Source: an uncultured Chloroflexia bacterium (GTDB lineage Bacteria > Chloroflexota > Limnocylindria > Limnocylindrales > CSP1-4). From it: a DNA stretch of 64,000 nucleotides. Below, piece by piece: positions 34,554-45,190 of the stretch; within the stretch, counting starts at the first letter, position 1, and each line of letters begins with the position of its first letter. The translations under genes and the position numbers were made by a program. A model generated the notes under the pieces. The model did not search any database and was not told the origin of the DNA. It saw nothing but the letters and a program-made list of their open reading frames with translations. Where the stretch lies: positions 4,162-68,161 of the forward strand of contig CAVUQZ010000009.1 in NCBI GenBank assembly GCA_963743795.1. Direction: 5' to 3'.

Positions 34554-34575
34554 TCAAGTCCTCTCGCCCCGACCA
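34554..34575 (+). repeat. attR core: tcaagtcctctcgccccgacca
   Basis: 21 of 22 identical to 20456-20477. Confidence 0.8.
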
Positions 34576-34637
34576 GTCCCAAGAGTAAGAGCGTCTGCGA
34601 TCCAGCCCGGCACCACAATCTGAGCGGTGGGACAGGC

Positions 34638-34663
34638 AGGTTCAAATCCTCTCAGGGGCACCA
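34638..34663 (+). other. Second tRNA-3'-end-like fragment (aggttcaaatcctctcaggggcacca)
   Basis: 16 nt identical to the tRNA-Pro T-arm, then a different acceptor-like tail ending ACCA. No matching 5' half upstream. Confidence 0.35.
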
Positions 34664-34731
34664 GCTCGGCTGTGGTGGTCGCGAGTCGCAACGGGCCGCT
34701 CCCCCAAAACCTTACTTGGGAAGCCTGCCGC

Positions 34732-36036
34732 TCATGGCTGGTACAACTCGGCTGAGGCAAGGTTGACGGGGTTGGCCGCGACAAATCCCCCGCCTCCGGC
34801 GATTAGGACCCGGCCGTCAGCAAGCAGAGTGGCGGTGAAGTTGCCGCGCGCAGTGGTCATCGAGCCAGTGGAGGCGAAGGCGCCCGTTGCCGGGTCGTAT
34901 AGCTCGGCCGTCGCGGTCAGTTCCCCCCCGCCAAGGATGAGGACCCGGCCATTGTTCAGCCGGACTGCGGTTGGGTTCTGGCGCGGAATTGCCATCGATC
35001 CAGTCGGGCGGAAGATGCCGGAATTCGGGTCGTACAACTCCGCCGAGGACAGCGCGCCTTGACTGCCCACGCCGCCGGCGACCAGGACCCGGCCATCCGG
35101 TAGCAGGGTCGCCGTGGAGCCCGAACGGGCGACCGTCAGAGACCCGGTTGGGCTGAACTGTGCGACCGACGGGTCGTACAACTCGGCTGACTTCAACGCC
35201 TGATACGCATAACCGACCATGCTGCCATCGCCACCCGCGATGAGGACCCGGCCATCAGCCAGGAGGGAGGCAGTCGCACCCGTGCGACCGGCGGACATCG
35301 ACCCGGTTGGGCCGAACTTCCCGGTGCCAGGGTCGTACAGCTCCGCCGTAGCCAGCGGGACTGGGTTGTTGTAGTCCGCCTCGCCACCTGCGATCAGAAC
35401 TCGGCCGTCCGGCAGCAGCGTGGCCATCTGGCCGGACCGCGCAACTCCCATGGATCCAGTCGCGCTGAACGTGCCGCTCGCCGGATCGTAGATCTCGGCC
35501 GACGTGAGGTCTTTGGCGTCCTTGTCCGTCCCTCCCACGACCAGAACGCGGCCGTCGGCCAGGAGGGTGGCAGTCTGGCGCCACCGTGTGGTCGTCATCC
35601 ATCCGGTCGCGGCGAAGGTGCCCGTCTTCGGGTCGTACAGCTCGGCAGAGGCTAGAACGCCGGTCGCGGGCAGTAGGCCACCGGCAACGAGGACGCGGCC
35701 GTCGGAGAGGAGAGTGGCCGTCGCACCGAGCCGAGCGGTCGTCATCGATCCCGTCACTGAGAAGGCGCCTGGCTTGAAGCTGGGCGTCGGCGTCGCGACG
35801 ACGGCCGGCTGATAGTAGTGCCAGACTCCGAACGCGGCTGCTCCGGCGACGATCGCCAGCACTAGCGGGAGGATGAGCGCTCGCGTGCTCCAGCCGACCG
35901 TCGGTCCGCCAAGAAGCCGAACGGTTACCTTGAGCGGTCGCGTCGTCTCGATCAGAGTGGGAAGCTGGCGGTCGTAGGTCCGCTCGCGAGGCGGCCTGGT
36001 GCGGAGCAGCTCCTCGATGCGTTTCGTGTCCATCAC
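34732..36036 (-). CDS. Membrane-anchored Kelch-repeat protein, probable anti-sigma factor partner
   Basis: N-terminal cytoplasmic segment and one TM (ALILPLVLAIVAGAAAF), then about 7 repeats of TGSMxxARxxxTATLLxDGRVLxAGG. Its ATG overlaps the sigma gene stop (ATGA). Confidence 0.8.
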   Translation of the reverse strand: MMDTKRIEELLRTRPPRERTYDRQLPTLIETTRPLKVTVRLLGGPTVGWSTRALILPLVLAIVAGAAAFGVWHYYQPAVVATPTPSFKPGAFSVTGSMTTARLGATATLLSDGRVLVAGGLLPATGVLASAELYDPKTGTFAATGWMTTTRWRQTATLLADGRVLVVGGTDKDAKDLTSAEIYDPASGTFSATGSMGVARSGQMATLLPDGRVLIAGGEADYNNPVPLATAELYDPGTGKFGPTGSMSAGRTGATASLLADGRVLIAGGDGSMVGYAYQALKSAELYDPSVAQFSPTGSLTVARSGSTATLLPDGRVLVAGGVGSQGALSSAELYDPNSGIFRPTGSMAIPRQNPTAVRLNNGRVLILGGGELTATAELYDPATGAFASTGSMTTARGNFTATLLADGRVLIAGGGGFVAANPVNLASAELYQP

Positions 36037-36576
36037 GACTCCTCCTGCGCGAGACGGCGGCGCAGGGTCGAAAGCGCAACCGTGCTGTGGCTGCGCGCCG
36101 CGTTCGCCGTGATGCCCAATACGAGCCCGATTTGGTCGAAGGGCAGATCGGCTCGGTAGCGGAGATAGAGCACCGCGCGCTGCCGCTCCGGCAGGCCATC
36201 GACCGCCTGCCAGAGCGCCGCGGCGTCCGAGGAGTCGGCTGGGTCGGAGGCGTATCGAGCGCCCCGGTCGGCGAGACGGCCGAACAATCCGGCCAATCGG
36301 TGGCGGATGCGGTGATGATCTATCGCCAGGCGGTAGGTCGTCCGAAAGGCCCAGGCATCGAGATCATGCAGCTCCCGGCCTGAGCAGAGTTCACGCCAGA
36401 GCCTGAGCATCGCCTCCTGGACAGCGTCGGCGGCGTCGGCGTCAGAGAGCCCGAGACCCGCGGCGAAGCCGTACAGGTCCTGCCCTCGTCGGGCATGGAG
36501 CGACAGAACCAGGCGCTCCGTTTCCCCGGCGGCCAGGACTGCCCTTTCGGCCTGCGGCGAGAGGCTCCTTCGTCAT
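36033..36576 (-). CDS. ECF-type sigma-70 factor, one frameshift near 36535
   Basis: Region 2 AVQEAMLRLWREL...WAFRTTYRLAIDHHR. Region 4 LPERQRAVLYLRYRADLPFDQIGLVLGITANAARSH. The ATG at 36576 is one frame off the body. Confidence 0.8.
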
Positions 36577-37028
36577 CACAACCAATAGACGCCTGAGCAA
36601 GGGAAAAAGCTTAGGGCTCGGCCGAATGCCTCGCGCCAAGTCGCCGGTCTTCGACACGCCGTCAGCCGCCGACGTCAGATTTGCGTGAGTCGCTCCGTCC
36701 TCGGGCCTGCCCACGCGCTCGGGCGGTGCATGTCCTCCGCCAGCGCCGTAAGAGGTTGAGCTTCATATCCGGTTCGTCGCCAACGCCACGACGCGAACCG
36801 GCGGCCCTCCGGAAACGCGAAACCGGTCACACGGATTGGCGGACGGCCCCGGCAGCATGCATCGGCCCGGTCCCCACCTTCACCCGCATAGTGTCGGGCT
36901 GACTCCTCTCGGCGCACCGATAGGATGCCTCCCTCCGATCAGCGATTCCACGCTCGACCCTGGCGAGCCCGAGCCCGTCCCGGAAGGGGTCGATTTGGTC
37001 CTGTGCTCCGAACGTTCGGCAGCGAACT

Positions 37029-38726
37029 CTAGCTCTGGCAGGGGGCCGGCGGGATCCCCGACCCGTAGTAGCGGCTGTCCTGGCCGAACATGTCGATCGA
37101 CAGGCCGGCGAGCAGGGTCATGTCGAGGTAGGTCGTCCACTTGCCGCCCGTCGTAGAGGTATCCGGGTGGATGCTGTACGGCGGACCGAGCACGCAATTC
37201 TGGATGCTCGAGATGTTCTGAGCGTAGGTGACGTAGTCGCGCGCGGTGCTCAGCGGGAAGTCGGTTTCGATGACCTTGCCGGCCATCGAGAGCAGTCTCG
37301 GGAGTCTCGCGAGGCCGGTGGGGCTGACTACCTTCTTCTCGAGAGCTACCAGGAGAGCCTGCTGGCGAGCTGCCCGCTTGTAGTCGCTGCCTCCGTTTTC
37401 GCGCGAACGGACGTACAGCATCGCCGTGGCGCCGTTGAGATGCACCTGCCCGATCCCCATGGTGATGCCGGTACCTGGATCGTTGATGTACTGGGAGTTG
37501 TATATGTCGATGCCTCCCAGGGTGTCGATCATTGCCCCCATGCCGGCCAGAGAGACGGCCGCGTAGTAGTCCACGGGCACGCCCACCAGATAGCCGATCT
37601 CGTTTTCGACGGTCTGGAGCGGCTTGTCCGGCCCGCGCCAGTTGCGACTGCTGGCGGTTACCCATAGGGTGTTGAGCTTGAAGGTCGGGCTGGCCTGGCC
37701 GCCGAAGTACAGGAAGAAGCTGGTCGTATCCCGCGGCACGCTCACAATCGAGACCTTCTCCGTCTTCTTGTCGATGCTGATGAGCATCATCGTGTCGGTG
37801 TTCGCCGAGCCCTCGCGCCCGGCCAGGGAGTCGAAGCCGATGAGGACGATGGTGACCCGATCCGGATTTCGCCCCGGCGTGGGCGCCGGGGTTTCGGCAG
37901 AGGCCGACGGGGTGATGAAGTTCGTGTCCGGCGACGGTGACAGGTCGCCGCTGGGCGAGGGCAGCACGTTGCCGGACAGCGGCGGCGGCGAGTCGGTCTC
38001 GTTGGGGATCAGGCCGTTGTTCTGGACGTCCACGCTGGCCTGATACCACGCCCACGTTCCGGCGACGAAGAGGCCGTGGGTAGCCACGACCATGACGATC
38101 AGGACGACGGCGAAGGTCACTCCCGCCCGACCGGGCCGGCGGCGCCTCGAGGCGCTCAGGAACGCGTCTGCGATCGCCAGCACCCTCCAGGCACCGAGAC
38201 CAACCGCGACGACCACCACCGCGGCGACGTACGAGGGATCCCACAGGCTCAAGATGAACCACAGTGGCTGGCTGAGCTGGATGGCGGCGACGAGGGCCAC
38301 GAGCAACGCCGGCACAGCCAGGATCGCGGCCCGGGACCGGCGTCCAAGGAACAGCTGCCCCAGGCCGGGCCACACGAAGGACAGACCAGCCGCGATACCC
38401 GGTGACCAGCGGCGGATCCGCGGCTCGAGGGCGGACTCAGCGGTCTCCGCGTGCGGGACGGCCGGGGGTCGATCTCCGCGGACCCGTAGGCGTGCGACTG
38501 TCCAAAGCCAAGACAGTCGCGCTGGGACTCTCGGCCGGAGGCGGCGAAGCCGCGGTGCCCCAGCATGGCTTTCGTCTGCGACCGCGCGGGGCGCTGGCGC
38601 GGCGCCGTCAACCTGGGCGGCCGAGAAGAAGCTGGACTTGGTCTCGACTACCTTCTCGTCCGGATCGACGGGCCGCGCCCCCACGTTGGGCGGCTCGCGA
38701 CGCGAACCTCCGAAATCAAAGCCCAT
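37029..38726 (-). CDS. LytR-CpsA-Psr (LCP) family protein with a multi-TM N-terminal extension
   Basis: IVLIGFDSLAGREGSANTDTMMLISIDKKTEKVSIVSVPRDT, YYAAVSLAGMGAMIDTLGGIDI. ATG 38726 is preferred to the TTG at 38732. Confidence 0.85.
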   Translation of the reverse strand: MGFDFGGSRREPPNVGARPVDPDEKVVETKSSFFSAAQVDGAAPAPRAVADESHAGAPRLRRLRPRVPARLSWLWTVARLRVRGDRPPAVPHAETAESALEPRIRRWSPGIAAGLSFVWPGLGQLFLGRRSRAAILAVPALLVALVAAIQLSQPLWFILSLWDPSYVAAVVVVAVGLGAWRVLAIADAFLSASRRRRPGRAGVTFAVVLIVMVVATHGLFVAGTWAWYQASVDVQNNGLIPNETDSPPPLSGNVLPSPSGDLSPSPDTNFITPSASAETPAPTPGRNPDRVTIVLIGFDSLAGREGSANTDTMMLISIDKKTEKVSIVSVPRDTTSFFLYFGGQASPTFKLNTLWVTASSRNWRGPDKPLQTVENEIGYLVGVPVDYYAAVSLAGMGAMIDTLGGIDIYNSQYINDPGTGITMGIGQVHLNGATAMLYVRSRENGGSDYKRAARQQALLVALEKKVVSPTGLARLPRLLSMAGKVIETDFPLSTARDYVTYAQNISSIQNCVLGPPYSIHPDTSTTGGKWTTYLDMTLLAGLSIDMFGQDSRYYGSGIPPAPCQS

Positions 38727-38732
38727 GGCCAA

Positions 38733-38738
38733 ATACTA
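38733..38738 (-). promoter_or_regulatory. Candidate -10 hexamer (TAGTAT on minus) 6 nt upstream of the LCP ATG
   Basis: Minus strand reads tagtat-ttggcc-ATG(38726). Confidence 0.3.
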
Positions 38739-38784
38739 CCGGTCTGAAGACGCTGTCGACTGCAACCGCCGGCTCGAGCGAGCC

Positions 38785-39534
38785 CTACTGCATCACCAGG
38801 CCACCGTCGACCGCGAGAACCTGGCCGGTGATGTAGGCGGCTTCGTCCGACGCGAGGAACGTGACCGCGTTGGCGATGTCCTCGACCGTGCCGAAATGCC
38901 CGAGCGGCGTGCTGGCCTTGATCTGGGCGGTCAGGGACTCCGGCAGATCCTTGGTCAGCTCGGTCACGATGAACCCGGGAGCTACGGCGTTGCAGGTGAT
39001 GCCGCGCGAAGCCACCTCTCGGGCCGTTGCCTTGGTGAGTCCGATCAGGCCGGCCTTGGAGGACGAATAGTTGGCCTGGCCCATCTGGCCGGCCTGACCC
39101 GAAACGCTGGACATGTTGATGATCCGGCCGGCGTGAGCCTTGAGCATGGGGCGGATGGCGGCCTTGGTCATGTAGAAGGCGCCGAAGAGGTTGACCTCCA
39201 GGACCTTCTTCCAGTCGTCGATCGGCATGCGCATGATCAGGTCGTCGCGGGTGATACCGGCGTTGTTCACCAGGATGTCGACCTTGCCGAAGGCGTCCAC
39301 GACGGCCACAACGGCCTTCACGCAGGCCTCCGGATCGGTGACGTCCGCCGGTACGTAGAGCGCCTTACGACCCAGCGCCTGGATCTCGGCCACAGTGGCC
39401 TCGGCCACTTCGAGTCGCCCGATGTCCACGAACGCGACGTCGGCGCCCTGGCGGGCCAGGCTCAGGCAGATGGCCTTGCCGATGCCGCGCGCGCCGCCAG
39501 TGACGAGCGCGGACTTGCCGGTCAGGTCGATCAT
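38785..39534 (-). CDS. fabG: 3-oxoacyl-ACP reductase
   Basis: ALVTGGARGIGKAI, NNAGITRD, SSVSGQAGQMGQANYSSSKAG, full-length SDR. gggag SD upstream. Confidence 0.9.
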   Translation of the reverse strand: MIDLTGKSALVTGGARGIGKAICLSLARQGADVAFVDIGRLEVAEATVAEIQALGRKALYVPADVTDPEACVKAVVAVVDAFGKVDILVNNAGITRDDLIMRMPIDDWKKVLEVNLFGAFYMTKAAIRPMLKAHAGRIINMSSVSGQAGQMGQANYSSSKAGLIGLTKATAREVASRGITCNAVAPGFIVTELTKDLPESLTAQIKASTPLGHFGTVEDIANAVTFLASDEAAYITGQVLAVDGGLVMQ

Positions 39535-39546
39535 CGTTGACTCCCT

Positions 39547-40751
<1,205 letters not shown>

Positions 40752-40755
<4 letters not shown>

Positions 40756-41306
40756 GGTTCGACCTCAATCAATGGCTGCTTCGCCTTAACGAGCTTCCCG
40801 GACTCGGCGACCAGACGAACGACCGTGCCTGCCTGGTCGGACTTGATCTCGTTGAAGAGCTTCATGGCCTCGATCAGGCCGATGACCTGCCCGACGGTGA
40901 TGTGCTGTCCGACCGCCACGTAGGGCGGCGAGCCCGGGGACGGAGCCCCGTAGAAGATGCCCGTCAGAGGCGCCTTCACGACCTTCGCTGCCGAGACCTG
41001 GGCAGGTCCGGTCACGGCGCCGGTCGCGACGCCGCCGGCTGGATCCGTGCCCGCGCCGGCACCGCCGGTCCCCACCGTGGCCGGCCCCGAGGCCGCCGTC
41101 GCCACGGGCTTGCGCAGGACGATGCCGGTCTCGCCGGCCTCTACCTCCAGCTCGATCAGATCGCTCCGCTCCAGGAGTGCGCCGAGCCGATCGATCAGAT
41201 TCAGAAGCGACACCGTCTCCTCGGACAGGCCCGGCTCGCCGGTTCCGGCTTCCTCGGAGGTCTCGCCGGCCGGCTGGCCGGGCGCCTTGTCAGGATGCTC
41301 GCTCAT
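40752..41306 (-). CDS. accB: Biotin carboxyl carrier protein of acetyl-CoA carboxylase (canonical, EAMK)
   Basis: VKAPLTGIFYGAPSPGSPPYVAVGQHITVGQVIGLIEAMKLFNEIKSD. Confidence 0.9.
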
Positions 41307-41316
41307 CGCCCGCTCC

Positions 41317-42582
41317 TCACTCGGCCCAGCGCCGGATGACCAGCGCGCTGTTCTGGCCGCCGAAGCCGAATGAATTGGAGACCGCGATCTCCATCGTCCG
41401 GCGACGGGCCACGTTGGGGGTCAGGTCCAGCCCTTCCGCGGTCTCGTCCGGATCCTCCAGGTTGACCGTCGGTGGCACGATGCCGGTTCGAATGCTCATG
41501 ATCGTGGCTATGGCCTCGATGGCCCCGGCCGCGCCAAGGGTATGGCCGATCATGCTCTTGTTGGCGGTCACGCTGACCTGCCCGGCCCGCTCGCCGAAGA
41601 GCGTCTTGATCGCTTCGAGCTCGCGCGGGTCGCCTTCCGGCGTGGACGTGGCGTGAGCGTTCACCATCTCGACGTCGTCGACGGTCAGGTCCGCCTTCTC
41701 CAGGGCGCGCCGAATCGCCCGGACCGCTCCGGCCCCCCCGGGTGCGGGGAGCGTTATGTGGGAGGCGTCGGCCGTGGCGCCGTAGCCCACTATCTCGGCC
41801 AGCGGTTCCGCTCCGCGTTCGCGGGCGTGCTCGATCGTTTCGAGCACCAGGATGCCGGCGCCCTCGCCGATGATGAAGCCGTCTCGGCCCTTGTCGAACG
41901 GGCGGGAGGCGTGCTCGGGATCGTCGTTGCGGGTCGAGAGCGCCCGCATTGCGGCGAACGCGCCCACGAGCGACTCGTGACCGGTAGCCTCCGTGCCGCC
42001 CGCGAGCATCACGTCCGCGTCGCCACGCCGGATCGTCTCCCATGCCTCACCGATGGCGTGACCGCCGGTCGAACAGGCGGATACGACCCCGAAGTTGGGG
42101 CCCTGCTGCCCGAAGAAGATCGCAATCACACCCGCGGCCAGGTTGCCGATCGCCATCGGGATCAGGAACGGCGACATTCGATCCGGCCCCTTCTCGCCCA
42201 TGAGCAGGATCTGGTCGGCCAGGGTTCGAATGCCACCGATGCCGGAGCCCACTATCACGCCGGCCCGCTCCGCCTCGGGGCCCTCGAGTCGCGCCGGAAG
42301 CCCGGCCTGGTCCATCGCCTGACGGGCCGCCACCAGCGCGAACTGAACGTATCGATCGTTGCGGCGCTGGTCCTTGCGGTCGAGGATCGGCGAGGGGTCG
42401 AAATCCTTCACCTCGGCGGCGATCCGGGTGGTAAGGCGCGAAGGGTCGAACTGCGTGATCGGACCCACGCCGGACCGGCCGGCCACCAGCCCCTCCCACG
42501 TCGACCCAACGTCGAGTCCGAGCGAGGTCAGCGCCCCCATGCCGGTGACGACGACGCGAGGCTGGCTGCCGGTCGAGCTCAT
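41317..42582 (-). CDS. fabF: 3-oxoacyl-ACP synthase II
   Basis: ATG 42582 gives MSSTGSQPRVVVTGMGALTSLG. Also SACSTGGHAIG, NAHATSTPEGD, NSFGFGGQNSALV. Confidence 0.9.
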   Translation of the reverse strand: MSSTGSQPRVVVTGMGALTSLGLDVGSTWEGLVAGRSGVGPITQFDPSRLTTRIAAEVKDFDPSPILDRKDQRRNDRYVQFALVAARQAMDQAGLPARLEGPEAERAGVIVGSGIGGIRTLADQILLMGEKGPDRMSPFLIPMAIGNLAAGVIAIFFGQQGPNFGVVSACSTGGHAIGEAWETIRRGDADVMLAGGTEATGHESLVGAFAAMRALSTRNDDPEHASRPFDKGRDGFIIGEGAGILVLETIEHARERGAEPLAEIVGYGATADASHITLPAPGGAGAVRAIRRALEKADLTVDDVEMVNAHATSTPEGDPRELEAIKTLFGERAGQVSVTANKSMIGHTLGAAGAIEAIATIMSIRTGIVPPTVNLEDPDETAEGLDLTPNVARRRTMEIAVSNSFGFGGQNSALVIRRWAE

Positions 42583-43322
42583 CGGACCAGCTTTCCCGTG
42601 CGGATCGTGGCTGCTCGATACACGTCCCCGGGCAGGCCCCGGGCCGAGAGCGCGTCCGAGGCTGCCATGACGTCGTAGGTAGTGCGGTGGATTTCGGCCT
42701 TGATCTCGCCATCGTCGATCTCGATCAAGGCCCAGCTCGCCGTGGGGTCGCCGTCGAAGATGTAGCCGGCGCTGCCGGCGTTGACTATGGTCCGCCAGCC
42801 AACCTCGCGAACCTCCGGCACGTGGGTGTGGCCGCACACGATCACCCTGGCGTCAGTGCGGCTGAGGCGATCGATGGTCACGACCGGATCGAGGTCTACC
42901 GGGAAGCCGTCCGTCAGCGAACCGGGCGAGGCGTGGCAGAACAGGACCAGGTCGTCTCCGATCCGCAGCCGTCGCTCCCACGGCAGGCGGCGGAGGTAGT
43001 CCACGCCGTCGTCTCCGATCTGGTCGTGGGCCCATTCGGCCGCGGCCTTGTAGGAATCCGGTGCTCCTTCGGTGAACCAGGGAAACGCGGCCGTGTAGTC
43101 GCCGTCGGCGACGGCCAGGTCCGTGTTCCCGGCGATCACGTGGGCGCCGGCCTGCTCGAGCTCGCGGACCAGGGCCAGCGTCCCCACCGGATCGGGGCCG
43201 TTGAAGACCAGGTCGCCGCAGACCGCCACGAAGTCCGGGCGAGCGGCGTGGACGGCCCGGCGGACCGCCTCCAGCGCAGGCAGGTTGCCGTGGACATCGG
43301 AGAGGGCGGCGATGCGAACCAT
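42579..43322 (-). CDS. Metallophosphoesterase (YfcE/MJ0936-like) embedded in the fab operon
   Basis: MVRIAALSDVHGN, VCGDLVFNG, GNTD, CGHTHVP. Both ends overlap neighbouring genes (fabZ TGATG, fabF ATGA). Confidence 0.8.
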   Translation of the reverse strand: MVRIAALSDVHGNLPALEAVRRAVHAARPDFVAVCGDLVFNGPDPVGTLALVRELEQAGAHVIAGNTDLAVADGDYTAAFPWFTEGAPDSYKAAAEWAHDQIGDDGVDYLRRLPWERRLRIGDDLVLFCHASPGSLTDGFPVDLDPVVTIDRLSRTDARVIVCGHTHVPEVREVGWRTIVNAGSAGYIFDGDPTASWALIEIDDGEIKAEIHRTTYDVMAASDALSARGLPGDVYRAATIRTGKLVR

Positions 43323-43795
43323 CAGCGCAGAGCGCTCTCTGGGGCGATGATGAAGCTCAGGACGGCTTCGCAGGCGACCTCGCCGTCGACGGTGGCCACT
43401 CCCCTGCCGCGCCCGAACTTGCTGCCGAGCCGCTCCATGGTCACCTCGAGCCGGAGCTGATCGCCGGGAGTGACGATGTGCTTGAAGCGGCACTCGTCGA
43501 TCGCCGCGAAGAGCCCCATCCTGTCGCCGAAGCCCGGCTGCTGGGCCACGAAGACGGCCATCGTCTGGGCGAGAGCCTCGATCTGGAGCACGCCCGGCAT
43601 GATCGGCTGACCCGGGAAGTGGCCCTGGAAGAACCATTCCGTGGCCGTCACCGACTTGAGGCCCACGATCCGCTTGGCCTCCTGGTCGTACTCGACGATG
43701 CGGTCGACGAGAAGGAACGGCCAGCGGTGCGGGATGAGCTTCTCGATCTGGCGGGTGGTCAGGATCGGCTCGTTGGTCGCGGCGGTATCGGTCAC
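43322..43795 (-). CDS. fabZ: 3-hydroxyacyl-ACP dehydratase
   Basis: LIPHRWPFLLVDRI...WFFQGHFPGQPIMPGVLQIEALAQ. Confidence 0.9.
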   Translation of the reverse strand: MTDTAATNEPILTTRQIEKLIPHRWPFLLVDRIVEYDQEAKRIVGLKSVTATEWFFQGHFPGQPIMPGVLQIEALAQTMAVFVAQQPGFGDRMGLFAAIDECRFKHIVTPGDQLRLEVTMERLGSKFGRGRGVATVDGEVACEAVLSFIIAPESALR

Positions 43796-43825
43796 GTGGC
43801 GGCTCCTGGTGGCGTGGGCAGCGGC

Positions 43826-45190
43826 TCAGCGATTGCCTGCGGCGACGAACGGGGCGCTGCCGACGCGGTCGAGCAGGTTCGTAGTCACCTTGCCGTCGAT
43901 GAAGATCTGATTGGCGAGGATCGCGCGGTGCAGCTCGATGTTGGTCGTTACGCCGTCCACGAGCAGCTCGCGCAGCGCGGCGTCGCCGCGGGCGATGGCC
44001 TGGGTCCGATCCGGAGCCCAGACGGAGAGTTTGCCCAGGAGGGAGTCGTAGTAGGTGGGAATCTCGTACCCCGGATACATGTGCGAGTCCATTCGAACGC
44101 CGGGCCCGCCCGGGGCGAGGTAGGCGTCGACCTGACCGCCCTGCGGCCGGAAATCCTTGCCGGGATCCTCGGCCAGGATCCGGAACTCGATGGCGTGGCC
44201 GCGTGAGACCACGTCCGCCTGGGTGAAACCGAGGGGCTCGCCGGCGGCGAGCCTGATCTGGAGCGCGACGAGGTCTATGCCGGTGCATAGCTCGGTGATG
44301 GGATGCTCCACCTGGACGCGACAGTTGATCTCGATGAAATAGGCGTCGCCCCGGGAATCGACGAGGAACTCCAGCGTGCCCAGGTTCTCGTAGCCGGCGG
44401 CCGCAATGGCCCGAACGGCCCGCTCGGCCAGCTCCTGACGGGCGGATTCCGAGAGAGCCGGGCTGGGCGTCTCTTCGATGACCTTCTGATGCCGCCGCTG
44501 GACAGAGCAGTCGCGCTCGCCCATGTGGACGGCGTTGCCGAAGTGGTCAACGGCAACCTGGATCTCGATGTGGCGGTTGTCGTCGAGGTACTTCTCCAGG
44601 TACAGGGCGTCGTCTCCAAAAGCCGCCTTGGCCTCGGAGCGGCTGACCTTGAAGGCGCTCTCCAGCTCGCGCGGGGTCCGGACCAGCCGCATCCCCTTGC
44701 CGCCGCCGCCGGCCGATGGCTTGATCAGGACCGGATAGCCGACACGCTCGGCCTCTTCGAGGGCATGGGCTTCGTCGCGCAGCATGCCCGACCCCGGAAT
44801 GGTGGACAGGCCGTGCGCCCCGAGCAGCCGGCGCGTGGCTTCCTTGGACGCGAAGCGCTCGAGCACCTCAGCGGGCGGCCCGATGAAAGTAAGGCCGTGG
44901 GCGCGGACGACGTCGGCAAAGCCTTCGTCCTCGGACAGGAACCCGTAGCCGGGGTGGATGGCGTCGCATCCGGTCACGATCGCGGCTGAGATGATCGCCG
45001 GCGCCGAAAGGTAGCTGTGCCTAGCGTCGGCCGGCCCGATGCAGATGGCCTCGTCGGCCAGCTGAGCGGCCAGGCTTTCCCGGTCCGCCTCGCTATAGGC
45101 CACGACCGCGCCGACGCCGAGAGTTCGGCAGGCGCGCAGAACTCGCAGAGCGATCTCGCCGCGGTTCGCGATCAGGACCTTGGTGAACAT
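43826..45190 (-). CDS. accC: Biotin carboxylase subunit of acetyl-CoA carboxylase
   Basis: MFTKVLIANRGEIALRV, HPGYGFLSE, GGGGKGMR, IEINCRVQVEHP. Full length, 454 aa. Confidence 0.95.
   Translation of the reverse strand: MFTKVLIANRGEIALRVLRACRTLGVGAVVAYSEADRESLAAQLADEAICIGPADARHSYLSAPAIISAAIVTGCDAIHPGYGFLSEDEGFADVVRAHGLTFIGPPAEVLERFASKEATRRLLGAHGLSTIPGSGMLRDEAHALEEAERVGYPVLIKPSAGGGGKGMRLVRTPRELESAFKVSRSEAKAAFGDDALYLEKYLDDNRHIEIQVAVDHFGNAVHMGERDCSVQRRHQKVIEETPSPALSESARQELAERAVRAIAAAGYENLGTLEFLVDSRGDAYFIEINCRVQVEHPITELCTGIDLVALQIRLAAGEPLGFTQADVVSRGHAIEFRILAEDPGKDFRPQGGQVDAYLAPGGPGVRMDSHMYPGYEIPTYYDSLLGKLSVWAPDRTQAIARGDAALRELLVDGVTTNIELHRAILANQIFIDGKVTTNLLDRVGSAPFVAAGNR

Noticed and set aside
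34566-34663. A complete long-arm tRNA (Leu- or Sec-like) ending at ...caggggcacca.
   Set aside because: No 5' acceptor strand complementary to CAGGGGC, no D arm, and a T stem with a C-C mismatch. Only the 3' portion is tRNA-like, so it is reported as a relic.
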